Both the position numbers and the translations under genes were made by a program. Shown piece after piece: positions 29,876 to 37,850 of a stretch of 38,608 bases of DNA (its first letter is position 1; each line of letters begins with the position of its first letter). The notes beneath the pieces were generated by a model. It was not told the DNA's origin, made no database searches, and saw nothing but the letters and a program-made list of their open reading frames with translations. The stretch is from Candidatus Atribacteria bacterium (GTDB taxonomy: Bacteria; Bipolaricaulota; Bipolaricaulia; UBA7950; UBA9294). The stretch covers positions 1 through 38,608 of the forward strand of contig SPBW01000003.1 of NCBI GenBank assembly GCA_004525685.1. Reading direction: 5' to 3'.

Positions 29876-30901
29876 CTAGCAGATTCTCGGGACGGGGTCA
29901 CCGAGGGGCATGTCCAGGAATCGGCGACCGCCGACATCCGTCGTCACGACGACACGGCCAGGATAATCGATACTGACATGTCCGATGATGGCTGCATCAC
30001 AGCCCAGCGGATGTCGCTGCAGCGTCTCCAGAATCTGAGGAGCGACAGCCGGATCGACGATGAGCACGGCCTTGCCTTCGTTGGCGACCTCAAGCGGCGA
30101 GATGCCGAGAAGATCAGAGAGCGCTTGGACGGCATCTCGGATGGGAATGTCTGACTGCTGGATCTCCACGGTCATGTGCGACTTGCGAGCCATTTCATTG
30201 AGTGCTGCTGCCAATCCGCCACGCGTCGGATCCTTCATTGCGTGGATTCCGCCCAACGGGAGAATCGTCTGGATCATCGGCCAGATCGAGGCCACATCAG
30301 ATACGAGTTCTGTCTCCAGATGGAATTCCTCGCGAGCGGCAAGAAGCGCCATGCCATGATCGCCCAGCGTGCCGGAGACAATCACGACGTCTCCAGGGCG
30401 AGCGCCCGCGTCACCGATGGCCGGATCAGCAAGGCCGATGCCCGTCGTGTTGATGACGATACCATCCAGCTCGCCGCGTCCCATCACCTTGGTGTCCCCA
30501 CAAATAAGCGCTGCCTCGGAGCCAATCAGTGTTTCAGCAAACGACTGTACAATGCGATCAATATCTGCGATAGGGAAGTCCTCTTCGATGATGACGGCCA
30601 AACTCAAGGCGAGTGGTTTCGCGCCCATGACAGCCAGATCATTGAGCGTGCCGGCCGCGGCCAAGGTTCCGATGTTGCCGCCCGGGAAGAAGATCGGCTT
30701 GACCACGTGACTGTCTGTTGTCATCACCAATTCACCCGATGTGGGGAGAGCAATCGTGGCACCGTCATCCATGTCGGACAGGTTGATGCGTCCGGCAGAC
30801 GATGCCGCGAAGTGAGGCAACACATGCTCTGCCAGAAGCTTACCCATCAATTCGCCGCCAGCGCCATGCAACGGGGAAATGCGATCATCGGTGTGTGTCA
30901 T
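29876..30901 (-). CDS. hypE: Hydrogenase maturation carbamoyl dehydratase HypE
   Basis: HGAGG, TTDSHVVKPIFFPGG, NDLAVMGA, GDTKV, GDHG, DPTRGG, ANEG, terminal PRIC*; ATGA overlap with hypD. Confidence 0.97.
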   Translation of the reverse strand: MTHTDDRISPLHGAGGELMGKLLAEHVLPHFAASSAGRINLSDMDDGATIALPTSGELVMTTDSHVVKPIFFPGGNIGTLAAAGTLNDLAVMGAKPLALSLAVIIEEDFPIADIDRIVQSFAETLIGSEAALICGDTKVMGRGELDGIVINTTGIGLADPAIGDAGARPGDVVIVSGTLGDHGMALLAAREEFHLETELVSDVASIWPMIQTILPLGGIHAMKDPTRGGLAAALNEMARKSHMTVEIQQSDIPIRDAVQALSDLLGISPLEVANEGKAVLIVDPAVAPQILETLQRHPLGCDAAIIGHVSIDYPGRVVVTTDVGGRRFLDMPLGDPVPRIC

Positions 30902-31983
30902 GGGAGCTCGCGACCTCCGTAGCGGAACCAAATGCTGCATGCCCCTTCAGAGCCAACCATGCAGGGGCCGACGGGAGTCAACGGCGTGCAGCGTGTCCCA
31001 AACAGCGGGCAATCAGTTGGCGTGGCTCGGGCGGTTAACACATCAGCGCACCGACACCCGGGAATGTCTTCATCACCCGTCACGCCTTCGATTTGGAATC
31101 TCGCTCGTGCATCAAACTGGGAGAATTCGGGACGCAGGCGAACGCCCGAGTTAGGAATCGTCCCGATCCCTCGCCAACGGACATCGGCAGATTCGAACAC
31201 CGTCTCGATCAGGAGCTGCGCCACCGTGTTCCCTTCATCAGCAACAGCGCGGGGGAACCCGTTCTCCACGAATCCCTTGCCATCACGAATCTGCCTGAGA
31301 ATGAGTGCGATTGCATAAAGAATATCAAGCGGCTCAAACCCGCCGACAACGACCGGAATCTCAAACTTGCCGAGATGTTGCCGATACGGAGCGAGTCCGA
31401 GGATTGTCGAGACGTGACCGGGAGCCAAATACCCGTCGATGTTCGTGCCCGGCATGCCAAGTAGCACGCCCATGGCTTCAGGGATCTTCTTGTGCGAGAC
31501 GAGAACCGATAGGTTTGCAGGCGGATCATCAAGCAGAATGGCTGCGGTCATCGGCGTTGTCGTCTCGAAGCCGACGGCGAAGAACACAACTTGTCGGTCC
31601 GTTTCTCGCGCAATCCTGACGGCTTCGTCTGTAGATAGAACCACGCGAATGTCGCATCCCTTGGAGCGTGCTTGTTCCAGTGTCAGCCGAGTGCCAGGCA
31701 CGCGCGTCATATCGCCGAACGTGCAGAGGATGGCACCCGCCTCAGCAATCTGAACGGCGGCATCGATATCGGCAGTTGGTGTTACGCAGACGGGGCAGCC
31801 AGGCCCCTCTAGGACTTCGACGGTATCTGGCAGAAAGCGACGCAACCCATGTTGCGTAATCGCCATCTCGTGCGTGCCGCACACATGAACGATTTTGACC
31901 GGCCTCGGCGGAGCGAGAATGGCAATGGCATCCGCCAGCTGGCGTGCACGAACAGGATCTGAAAGCTGAAACGGCCGTGCCAT
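30898..31983 (-). CDS. hypD: Hydrogenase maturation protein HypD
   Basis: CGTH, GPGCPVC, GFETT, PGHVS, GFEP, and the C-terminal Fe-S Cys cluster through CMVGSEGAC. Confidence 0.98.
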   Translation of the reverse strand: MARPFQLSDPVRARQLADAIAILAPPRPVKIVHVCGTHEMAITQHGLRRFLPDTVEVLEGPGCPVCVTPTADIDAAVQIAEAGAILCTFGDMTRVPGTRLTLEQARSKGCDIRVVLSTDEAVRIARETDRQVVFFAVGFETTTPMTAAILLDDPPANLSVLVSHKKIPEAMGVLLGMPGTNIDGYLAPGHVSTILGLAPYRQHLGKFEIPVVVGGFEPLDILYAIALILRQIRDGKGFVENGFPRAVADEGNTVAQLLIETVFESADVRWRGIGTIPNSGVRLRPEFSQFDARARFQIEGVTGDEDIPGCRCADVLTARATPTDCPLFGTRCTPLTPVGPCMVGSEGACSIWFRYGGRELP

Positions 31984-32378
31984 TAGGACTCGCTCTTGGA
32001 GCTGGCGTTCTGTTCCTTACCAGCACGAGAACGCTTCGCGTTCTCGTCCGAACTCAACTCAGCCTGCCGGTCAGAGCGCCTGACGTCACCAACCGGAGAA
32101 CGCTTTGCGTTCTCCAACGAACTCAATTCATCTCTCTGAACTGAGTTCGCGTTCGCACCCAGCGAGTCTGCTAACTCGTCAAATAGTTTGAGCGTCTCCT
32201 CGCCATCCTCAGGAGAGAGGCGGCGAATGGCAAAGCCGGTATGAATGAGGACGTAGTCGCCTGGAGCCAGAGGCTCGGTCAGCGTGTCTAAACGCGTTGT
32301 CGTACGCACGCCGTTGTAGTCGACGACGGCTTCGTTATCTGTAATGGAGATTACCTTCGCAGGAGCTGCCAAGCACAT
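31983..32378 (-). CDS. hypC: Hydrogenase maturation chaperone HypC with a ~57-aa repetitive C-terminal extension
   Basis: MCLAAP, GDYVLIHTGFA; stop overlaps the hypD start (TAATG). Confidence 0.95.
   Translation of the reverse strand: MCLAAPAKVISITDNEAVVDYNGVRTTTRLDTLTEPLAPGDYVLIHTGFAIRRLSPEDGEETLKLFDELADSLGANANSVQRDELSSLENAKRSPVGDVRRSDRQAELSSDENAKRSRAGKEQNASSKSES
32025..32149. repeat. Cluster of palindromes with a 35-nt direct repeat inside the hypC 3' extension
   Basis: Repeat copies at 32027-32061 and 32096-32130 (30/35 identical, 69-nt period), each containing GAGAACGC-N3-GCGTTCTC; a further 13-bp hairpin at 32118-32149. Confidence 0.85.
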
Positions 32379-32396
32379 GTTGAATCACCGGTCGGG

Positions 32397-32478
32397 ATTA
32401 TATCGCAGGAGAGCGCCGATCTCAGCAAGTCCGTTGAATTGGGCAGTTGCAGCCACGGGGTGGAGCGGCTGATATACT
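32397..32478. promoter_or_regulatory. Divergent promoter pair (hypCDE leftward, hydrolase rightward)
   Basis: Minus-strand TATAAT at 32402-32397; plus-strand extended -10 TG-A-TATACT at 32470-32478. Confidence 0.6.
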
Positions 32479-32502
32479 CTGCCAAAGAGCGAGGTGCCTA
32501 CG

Positions 32503-33309
32503 ATGGCCCATCCATTCGAGTACGACGTACAAGCAGCATTCGACGCTCGCCTTGTGAGTGAACGGCAACAGCAAGGCGTTATGCAATCTGAGCTAACCTA
32601 CATGGCGACATCGAATCAACGGCGTGCGGCATCTCTCCTTCGTCCGATTGGCGACGGCCCGTTTGCTGTCGTCCTCTACGTACACTGGTACGAACCCCAC
32701 GCTTGCGATTCCAATCGCACTCAGTTTCTGGATGAGGCGAAGGCCATGGCATCAAAGGGCGTCATGTCTCTACTCATTGAAACGATGTGGTCGGACAGGG
32801 AGTGGTTTCTCAAGCGCACACAGGCTGGTGACTACGATGCTTCCGTTCAGCAAGTGATTGAGCTGCGCCGTGCCATGGATCTCTTGCTCTCGCAACCAGA
32901 TGTCGATCCAGAGCGATTCGCCTATGTCGGGCACGACTTTGGAGCCATGTATGGTGTGCTCGCCGGCAGTGTTGACGCGCGTCCTTCGTGCTACGTCCTG
33001 ATGGCGGGCACGCCTCGATTCCCGGATTGGCTCCTCTACTATCCACAATTGGACGGCGATGAACGCGCCGAGTTCATCGAGCAGATGAAGTTCTTGGATC
33101 CGATTGAGCGCGTGGGTCGGCTATCGTCGACTCCGATTCTGTTCCAGTTTGGGAATTTGGATCCACACGTGCCCGTCGAGCGTGCGCATGCCTTCACAGA
33201 TGCTGCTGGCGAAGGCGCAGAGTCGCGATCCTACGAGGCCGGCCACGACCTGAATGACCAGGCGCGGAGGGATCGGATGGCGTGGCTTGAGATGAAGCTG
33301 CGCCTGTAG
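32503..33309 (+). CDS. Alpha/beta fold hydrolase (dienelactone hydrolase/S9-like scaffold, GHDFG elbow)
   Basis: LLSQPDVDPERFAYVGHDFG, LFQFGNLDPHVP, YEAGHDL; GAGGTG SD before ATG 32503. Confidence 0.85.
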   Translation: MAHPFEYDVQAAFDARLVSERQQQGVMQSELTYMATSNQRRAASLLRPIGDGPFAVVLYVHWYEPHACDSNRTQFLDEAKAMASKGVMSLLIETMWSDREWFLKRTQAGDYDASVQQVIELRRAMDLLLSQPDVDPERFAYVGHDFGAMYGVLAGSVDARPSCYVLMAGTPRFPDWLLYYPQLDGDERAEFIEQMKFLDPIERVGRLSSTPILFQFGNLDPHVPVERAHAFTDAAGEGAESRSYEAGHDLNDQARRDRMAWLEMKLRL

Positions 33310-33432
33310 ATGGTTTGAGGATCGCGACCGCCTTGGCGCGAGTTGCAGAGAATCATCTGTCCGCTAATCAGTTGAAGAAGAAGGAATACTCAGGCTAGAG
33401 GCAGCCAATCCAACGTGCACAGCGGAGGCGTA

Positions 33433-33855
33433 ATGGCAGATGAGCCAATCATGACGCTTGAGAGCAAACTGAGCGTGCTGGCTGAAGATCTTGGCAAGAT
33501 CGTTGACTGGAAATGGGATGGTCGGTTTAGCACGGCGGTGGGAGAGTTTGCGGCCACTGAGAAGGATCGCGTGCTTGGCGTGCTAGAGAAACATCTGGTC
33601 TCCACTTGGGATTCTCTGACGGTGAAGGATGCGCCGGATGTTGTCCAGGAGATCTCAAAGAAACTGGGTGGCCTGATGTCCGGGCAGTTGCTCCTTCTTT
33701 CAGACTCAAGACAAGCGGCCTGCATCTTCTGTGCATGGTGGCCGTGGGGCAGCGGGGCGAAGATTTCGATTCGCATCGCTCCATTCAATACGTCGCTTGC
33801 TGACGAGGACGCCACAGCATTGACAGCTCAGTTTCGAGAGGTGTTCAAGATCTGA
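33433..33855 (+). CDS. Hypothetical protein (Trp-rich; W.WD.RF, GGL..GQ, AWWPWG...ISIRI)
   Basis: GGAGG SD before ATG 33433; fills the gap between neighbouring genes; protein-like composition. Confidence 0.75.
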   Translation: MADEPIMTLESKLSVLAEDLGKIVDWKWDGRFSTAVGEFAATEKDRVLGVLEKHLVSTWDSLTVKDAPDVVQEISKKLGGLMSGQLLLLSDSRQAACIFCAWWPWGSGAKISIRIAPFNTSLADEDATALTAQFREVFKI

Positions 33856-33897
33856 CCGACTGCTTCGCTTCGAGTAAGAACGCCCTACAGCCGATTG

Positions 33898-33930
33898 GCC
33901 ACCCGCAAGGCCGAGTGCGCTGCGGGTGGC
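33898..33930. terminator. GC-rich hairpin between convergent genes (possible terminator or REP-like element)
   Basis: GCCACCCGCA / TGCGGGTGGC perfect 10-bp arms with a 13-nt loop; no clear U-tract. Confidence 0.45.
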
Positions 33931-33953
33931 ATCTTGCTGTCCGACGTTGTTTC

Positions 33954-34853
33954 TTACTTGTCCTTCTTCGGCTCAACGGACGTGCCATGACCGAGGATAT
34001 CGGCGATATTAGCCTTTGGATCGATGATGGGTTCGATGCGTGAGGTTCCACATGTGATCAGCGTGGTCACGCCGGGACCGTGGCCTGACAAGAGACAATC
34101 CGAATGCACGACGATGCCAATGGTGATCGAACCCTTGCGATAGGTGCGGCCGTAGCGGTTGTCGTGATCAAGCAGGGCGACGAAATCGCCGAAGCGGATC
34201 TTGTCGAGGCCGTACTGGGCAACCGTCTCGGGATCGCTGGTCATGATATCGTAATCGCCGGTTCCTGGCATGGTGGCGCCGACGCCAGATCCCATGCAAG
34301 GCGCAGGCACGAGCGTTGTGACAGGGACACGGAGCTTGCCGCCTATTTCCTGAATGTTCATCTTGTGCAGCAACTGCGGATCGAGATTGAATAGCGAGAT
34401 CTCTGGATAATCGATCAGCTTCAGTCCCTGTCCACGACCACGAATGATGATGTCATCTTCGTACGACATCTTCTCCTTGACCTCACGTGGGAACTCGACC
34501 ACCACATGCTCGCTGCCACCGTGATGGCCGATGGCGTAGCCCGTGCTGCCTTCTGCTTTTCCAGAAGTGAGGATGGCCTTGTTGCCAGCGCAGGCATAAA
34601 GCTGAAGCGATACATTGGGATGCTCGAACGGCTTCTTCGAGTTGGCGGTGCAGCTGACGCTGGGTTCGACATGATCGCCCGCCCAGCCAAAAGCCGAGTC
34701 TCCGACTGCAACGTTGGTTGTGATGCCGCCGATGCTGGGCAGAACGAACGGTGCGCCTTCATGATCGACGCTCCAATGTGCCCTTCCTCGTGGCATGCCG
34801 GGATTGCACTGCAGCAGGAATTCTACGACTTTTTCTTCGTTTGTCTTGAGCAT
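33954..34853 (-). CDS. DUF4438 domain-containing protein
   Basis: [50 protein letters not shown], recognised as the DUF4438 pattern; GGAGG SD; minus-strand TACAAT at 34888-34883. Confidence 0.85.
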   Translation of the reverse strand: MLKTNEEKVVEFLLQCNPGMPRGRAHWSVDHEGAPFVLPSIGGITTNVAVGDSAFGWAGDHVEPSVSCTANSKKPFEHPNVSLQLYACAGNKAILTSGKAEGSTGYAIGHHGGSEHVVVEFPREVKEKMSYEDDIIIRGRGQGLKLIDYPEISLFNLDPQLLHKMNIQEIGGKLRVPVTTLVPAPCMGSGVGATMPGTGDYDIMTSDPETVAQYGLDKIRFGDFVALLDHDNRYGRTYRKGSITIGIVVHSDCLLSGHGPGVTTLITCGTSRIEPIIDPKANIADILGHGTSVEPKKDK

Positions 34854-34902
34854 ACTGCCTCCAGGAGTAAGTGATTGCCTCCATTGTAGCGTGAGTCCTC
34901 AA

Positions 34903-34938
34903 TCGATTCTTGCGAATCGAAGCCGTTCGACGTAGGCT
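34903..34938 (+). promoter_or_regulatory. Putative promoter of the atl operon with a palindrome over the -35 box
   Basis: TTGCGA (34910-34915) - 17 nt - TAGGCT (34933-34938); palindrome TCGATTC-TTGC-GAATCGA at 34903-34920. Confidence 0.5.
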
Positions 34939-34980
34939 TGCGAAGCGTCAGCGAAAACCTCAACGCGCAAGGTGATTCCA

Positions 34981-35295
34981 ATGGCAAGCAGCCTGTATGA
35001 GCGTATCTACGAAGCCGTCATGCAGATTCCCGAAGGGTGCGTTTCCACCTACGGTCAGATCGCCGGAATGGCAGGGATTCCCCGCGGCGCTCGCCAAGTG
35101 GGCTACGCCATGGCAGCACTCGGCCGTGGAAGACCTCGGCCAGAAGTTCCATGGCATCGCGTGGTCAATGCCAAGGGCGAATCGAGCATTGGCGAAGAAC
35201 AAATCGCCCGTTTGGAAGCCGAAGGCGTGGTCTTCGATGAGAAGGGGCGCGTCGACCTGAAAGTCTTCGGCTGGGATGGATTGGAGGGATTTTGA
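34981..35295 (+). CDS. Alkyltransferase-like protein (ATL, MGMT family, non-catalytic)
   Basis: IPEG.VSTYGQIA, ARQVG, and PWHRVV with Trp in place of the catalytic Cys of PCHRV. Confidence 0.93.
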   Translation: MASSLYERIYEAVMQIPEGCVSTYGQIAGMAGIPRGARQVGYAMAALGRGRPRPEVPWHRVVNAKGESSIGEEQIARLEAEGVVFDEKGRVDLKVFGWDGLEGF

Positions 35296-35942
35296 AATTT
35301 CGGCTTGTGATGCTTGTTGTTCTCTGTGTGACTGCCGGTGTCATAAGCGGCTGCATCGGACCGATCGAACGGCCGGTGGCCGATTTTGACTGGTGTCCTA
35401 ACGGCTACTTGGGCAATCTCGACTACCAGTTCACCTCCACTTCCAGGTCGCCTCAAGGGACATGGATCGAGTCGATGGAGTGGGAATTTGACGATGGGAC
35501 CCCGCCCGATGCGGCCTGGGATGCCTGGCACCGATTCGAGGACGAAGGTCGCTATCATGTGACCTTGACAGTCAAGGATTCGCGCGGCGTGCCGGGTACG
35601 GTCACCAGGGAAGTCAACGTGTTCCCTGCGGTCGAGGTGTTCCCAAATTGGCAACTCACCTTGGGTTGGCCGATACGCGTCGCTGGCATCATCGCCAATC
35701 GTGCGGATGTGAGGCTTGATGCCGTTGTCGTTAAGGCGAAATTCTACGATACGGATGGTGTGAGGATCGCGGATGGCACGGTGACGATTGATGACATCGC
35801 ACCAGGCGAGAAAGTGGCCTACTCGATTGATGCACCGGAATACTCAGCGCGTATCTTCCACGCTACGGTGGAGATCGACTCGTTTGTCGCCGATTGCGGC
35901 AATCCCTGGTTCATGCCGTTTGCCGATCAAGAGATCCAGTGA
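35292..35942 (+). CDS. Lipoprotein with PKD domain and C-terminal FxLYD-like Ig domain
   Basis: Lipobox VISG-C; PVADF...WEFDDG...H.F...G.YHVTLTV.D..G (PKD); G.I.N...KAKFYD.DG...IAPGE (FxLYD-like); TTG start overlaps the atl stop. Confidence 0.8.
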   Translation: MKFRLVMLVVLCVTAGVISGCIGPIERPVADFDWCPNGYLGNLDYQFTSTSRSPQGTWIESMEWEFDDGTPPDAAWDAWHRFEDEGRYHVTLTVKDSRGVPGTVTREVNVFPAVEVFPNWQLTLGWPIRVAGIIANRADVRLDAVVVKAKFYDTDGVRIADGTVTIDDIAPGEKVAYSIDAPEYSARIFHATVEIDSFVADCGNPWFMPFADQEIQ

Positions 35943-37135
35943 CCGTTGTCGCCGACCTGCACATTCATTCAAGATACTCCAATTCGACCAGTCCACAGAT
36001 GGAGTTGCCGACTCTGGCACATGGTGCACGGCGCAAGGGCATCGACCTCTTGGGAACCGGCGATTGCACGCATCCGTACTGGCTGGATACGTTGTCGTCT
36101 GAGTTAAGAGACGAAGGCTCCGGCATCTACAGCTACGACGGCGTTTCCTTCATGGTGACAGGCGAAGTGAGCCTGGTGTGGAAGCACGACGGCAAGGGTC
36201 GGCGCATTCATCTCGTATTGCTCGTGCCGTCACTCGATGATGCCGTGAAGATACATGAGGCGCTGTCACCGCGTGGAAATCTGGTGTATGACGGGCGCCC
36301 CATGCTCGGGCTGTCTGCGCCCGACTTCTGCGAAATCGTGTGGGAACAATCGCCGGACACGCTGATCATTCCCGCACATGTCTGGACGCCGTGGTATGCC
36401 GTGTTTGGCGCCAAGAGCGGCTTTGATTCCCTGAACGCGTGTTTCGGCGAATATACTGATCGCATTGTTGCCATTGAAACAGGGTTGTCGAGCGACCCGC
36501 CGATGAACCGGCGCGTGTCGGCGCTCGATCATCTGCGCCTGTTGTCTTGCTCCGACGCCCATTCTCCAGCCAAGTTGGCGCGTGAAGCGACCTTGTTCGA
36601 TGTGAAGTCGCTATCCTTTGCCGCCATCGCCCATGCCTTGAAGACAGGCGAAGGATACGGTGGCACGTTGGAGTTCTATCCCCAAGAAGGCAAGTACCAC
36701 TACGACGGCCACCGAAGCTGCAGCATCTCTTGGTCGCCGGAACAATCGATGGCTGCTGACGACATCTGCCCGGTGTGTGGCAAGACATTGACTATCGGCG
36801 TACTTCATCGGGTAATGGATCTGGCCGACCGTTCTGAGCCTGAGTTGGGATGCGTGCCCTTCAAGAGCCTGATCCCACTGGCCGAACTGATTGCACAGGC
36901 CGTGGGCAAAGGCGTGAACACGAAGACTGTTACGTGCCTCTGTGACGCCATGCTGGACCGGCACGGCAGCGAACTCGACATCCTTCTTGAGCATTCGCTC
37001 GATGATCTAGCTGTGGACACACCCGGCCGCGTCCTCGAAGCCATCGCCAAGATGCGCTCGGGCGATATCACCATCGAACCCGGCTACGACGGCGTCTACG
37101 GCAAGATTGAGATACCGTTTGAGTCCCGGGCATGA
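35939..37135 (+). CDS. Endonuclease Q family protein (PHP-domain nuclease)
   Basis: DLHIHSRYS, GTGDCTHP, DGRP, PAHVWTPW, ETGLSSD, SDAHS, GKYH, CPVCG, GVLHRV, PGYDGVYG; GTG start overlaps the upstream stop (GTGA). Confidence 0.88.
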   Translation: MTVVADLHIHSRYSNSTSPQMELPTLAHGARRKGIDLLGTGDCTHPYWLDTLSSELRDEGSGIYSYDGVSFMVTGEVSLVWKHDGKGRRIHLVLLVPSLDDAVKIHEALSPRGNLVYDGRPMLGLSAPDFCEIVWEQSPDTLIIPAHVWTPWYAVFGAKSGFDSLNACFGEYTDRIVAIETGLSSDPPMNRRVSALDHLRLLSCSDAHSPAKLAREATLFDVKSLSFAAIAHALKTGEGYGGTLEFYPQEGKYHYDGHRSCSISWSPEQSMAADDICPVCGKTLTIGVLHRVMDLADRSEPELGCVPFKSLIPLAELIAQAVGKGVNTKTVTCLCDAMLDRHGSELDILLEHSLDDLAVDTPGRVLEAIAKMRSGDITIEPGYDGVYGKIEIPFESRA

Positions 37136-37279
37136 TCCAGACGATCCGCCTCTTGCTGCTGGACTGCGGAACGGAATACTGGCGGCATGGTTTCATTGTC
37201 CCTGACTGCGCCGAATGGATGGACCTGGCAAGCGGGGGCGTCCACACGGAATGCGTACGCCCCCTGCCCGTTACAGTTG

Positions 37280-37348
37280 CTACTTCTTCTTCGGGGTTGG
37301 TTTGTCAGTCTTCTTTGGCCCCGCGGCCGGTTTCTTTTTTGCAGGCAT
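37280..37348 (-). CDS. Putative Lys/Pro-rich micropeptide MPAKKKPAAGPKKTDKPTPKKK (22 aa)
   Basis: SD-like AAGGGGGTGG 4 nt before ATG; upstream TTGCCG-18-TACTCT (37470-37441); downstream GC hairpin at 37234-37264. Confidence 0.55.
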   Translation of the reverse strand: MPAKKKPAAGPKKTDKPTPKKK

Positions 37349-37709
37349 TTGATCCACCCCCTTCTTCTTCAGAGTTCTTGGGTGTCCGTGTTTCTGCAAG
37401 CAGAAAGCGATCTCCCACTCGCGCGAACGCCACTCCCATCAGAGTACGACTATTGATTGCGATTCGGCAAATCGAAAAGCGGCGCTTCTGTTCTCTGTTC
37501 TCACGTTGAGACTGTGGGTTCCATGAAGTGATGCCTGAAGATCCCAGAAATGCAAGCAGAAAAGGCAAACGAGGGTTTATGTCTTGATCTTGGGCCGACT
37601 CGCTTAGTACCGTCCAGTTCCCCACACCGGCAGCACAGGAGTTTACGAGATCCAGAGACGAGGGAGGGACGCGATCCAGCCCAAGAATCATGTCTTGTCC
37701 TCCGTGCGC

Positions 37710-37773
37710 ACAGGAATGGGGACAGGAATGGGGACAGGCTACTTTTCGCGCCTGCGAAAAGTAGCCTGTCCCC
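37710..37773. repeat. Perfect 20-bp inverted repeat (REP-like) preceded by a 12-bp tandem duplication
   Basis: GGGGACAGGCTACTTTTCGC-GCCT-GCGAAAAGTAGCCTGTCCCC at 37730-37773; ACAGGAATGGGG x2 at 37710-37733. Confidence 0.9.
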
Positions 37774-37850
37774 TCAATGGAACCTCGAAACCAGACGCCT
37801 GGCGCGGCATACTTACTCCTACGAACAGACGAAGGGATGGCAACGCTACC

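Noticed and set aside
32025-32149. hypC repeats as a mini CRISPR array (35-nt palindromic repeat, 34-nt spacer)
   Set aside because: Only two imperfect copies, inside an open coupled ORF, with no leader and no cas genes. The geometry is CRISPR-like, so a genome-wide repeat search is still worthwhile.
37555-37620. GGCAAAC as the start of a c-di-GMP-I riboswitch
   Set aside because: The following GNRA-capped stem and the GACGCAAAGC-like segment are absent.
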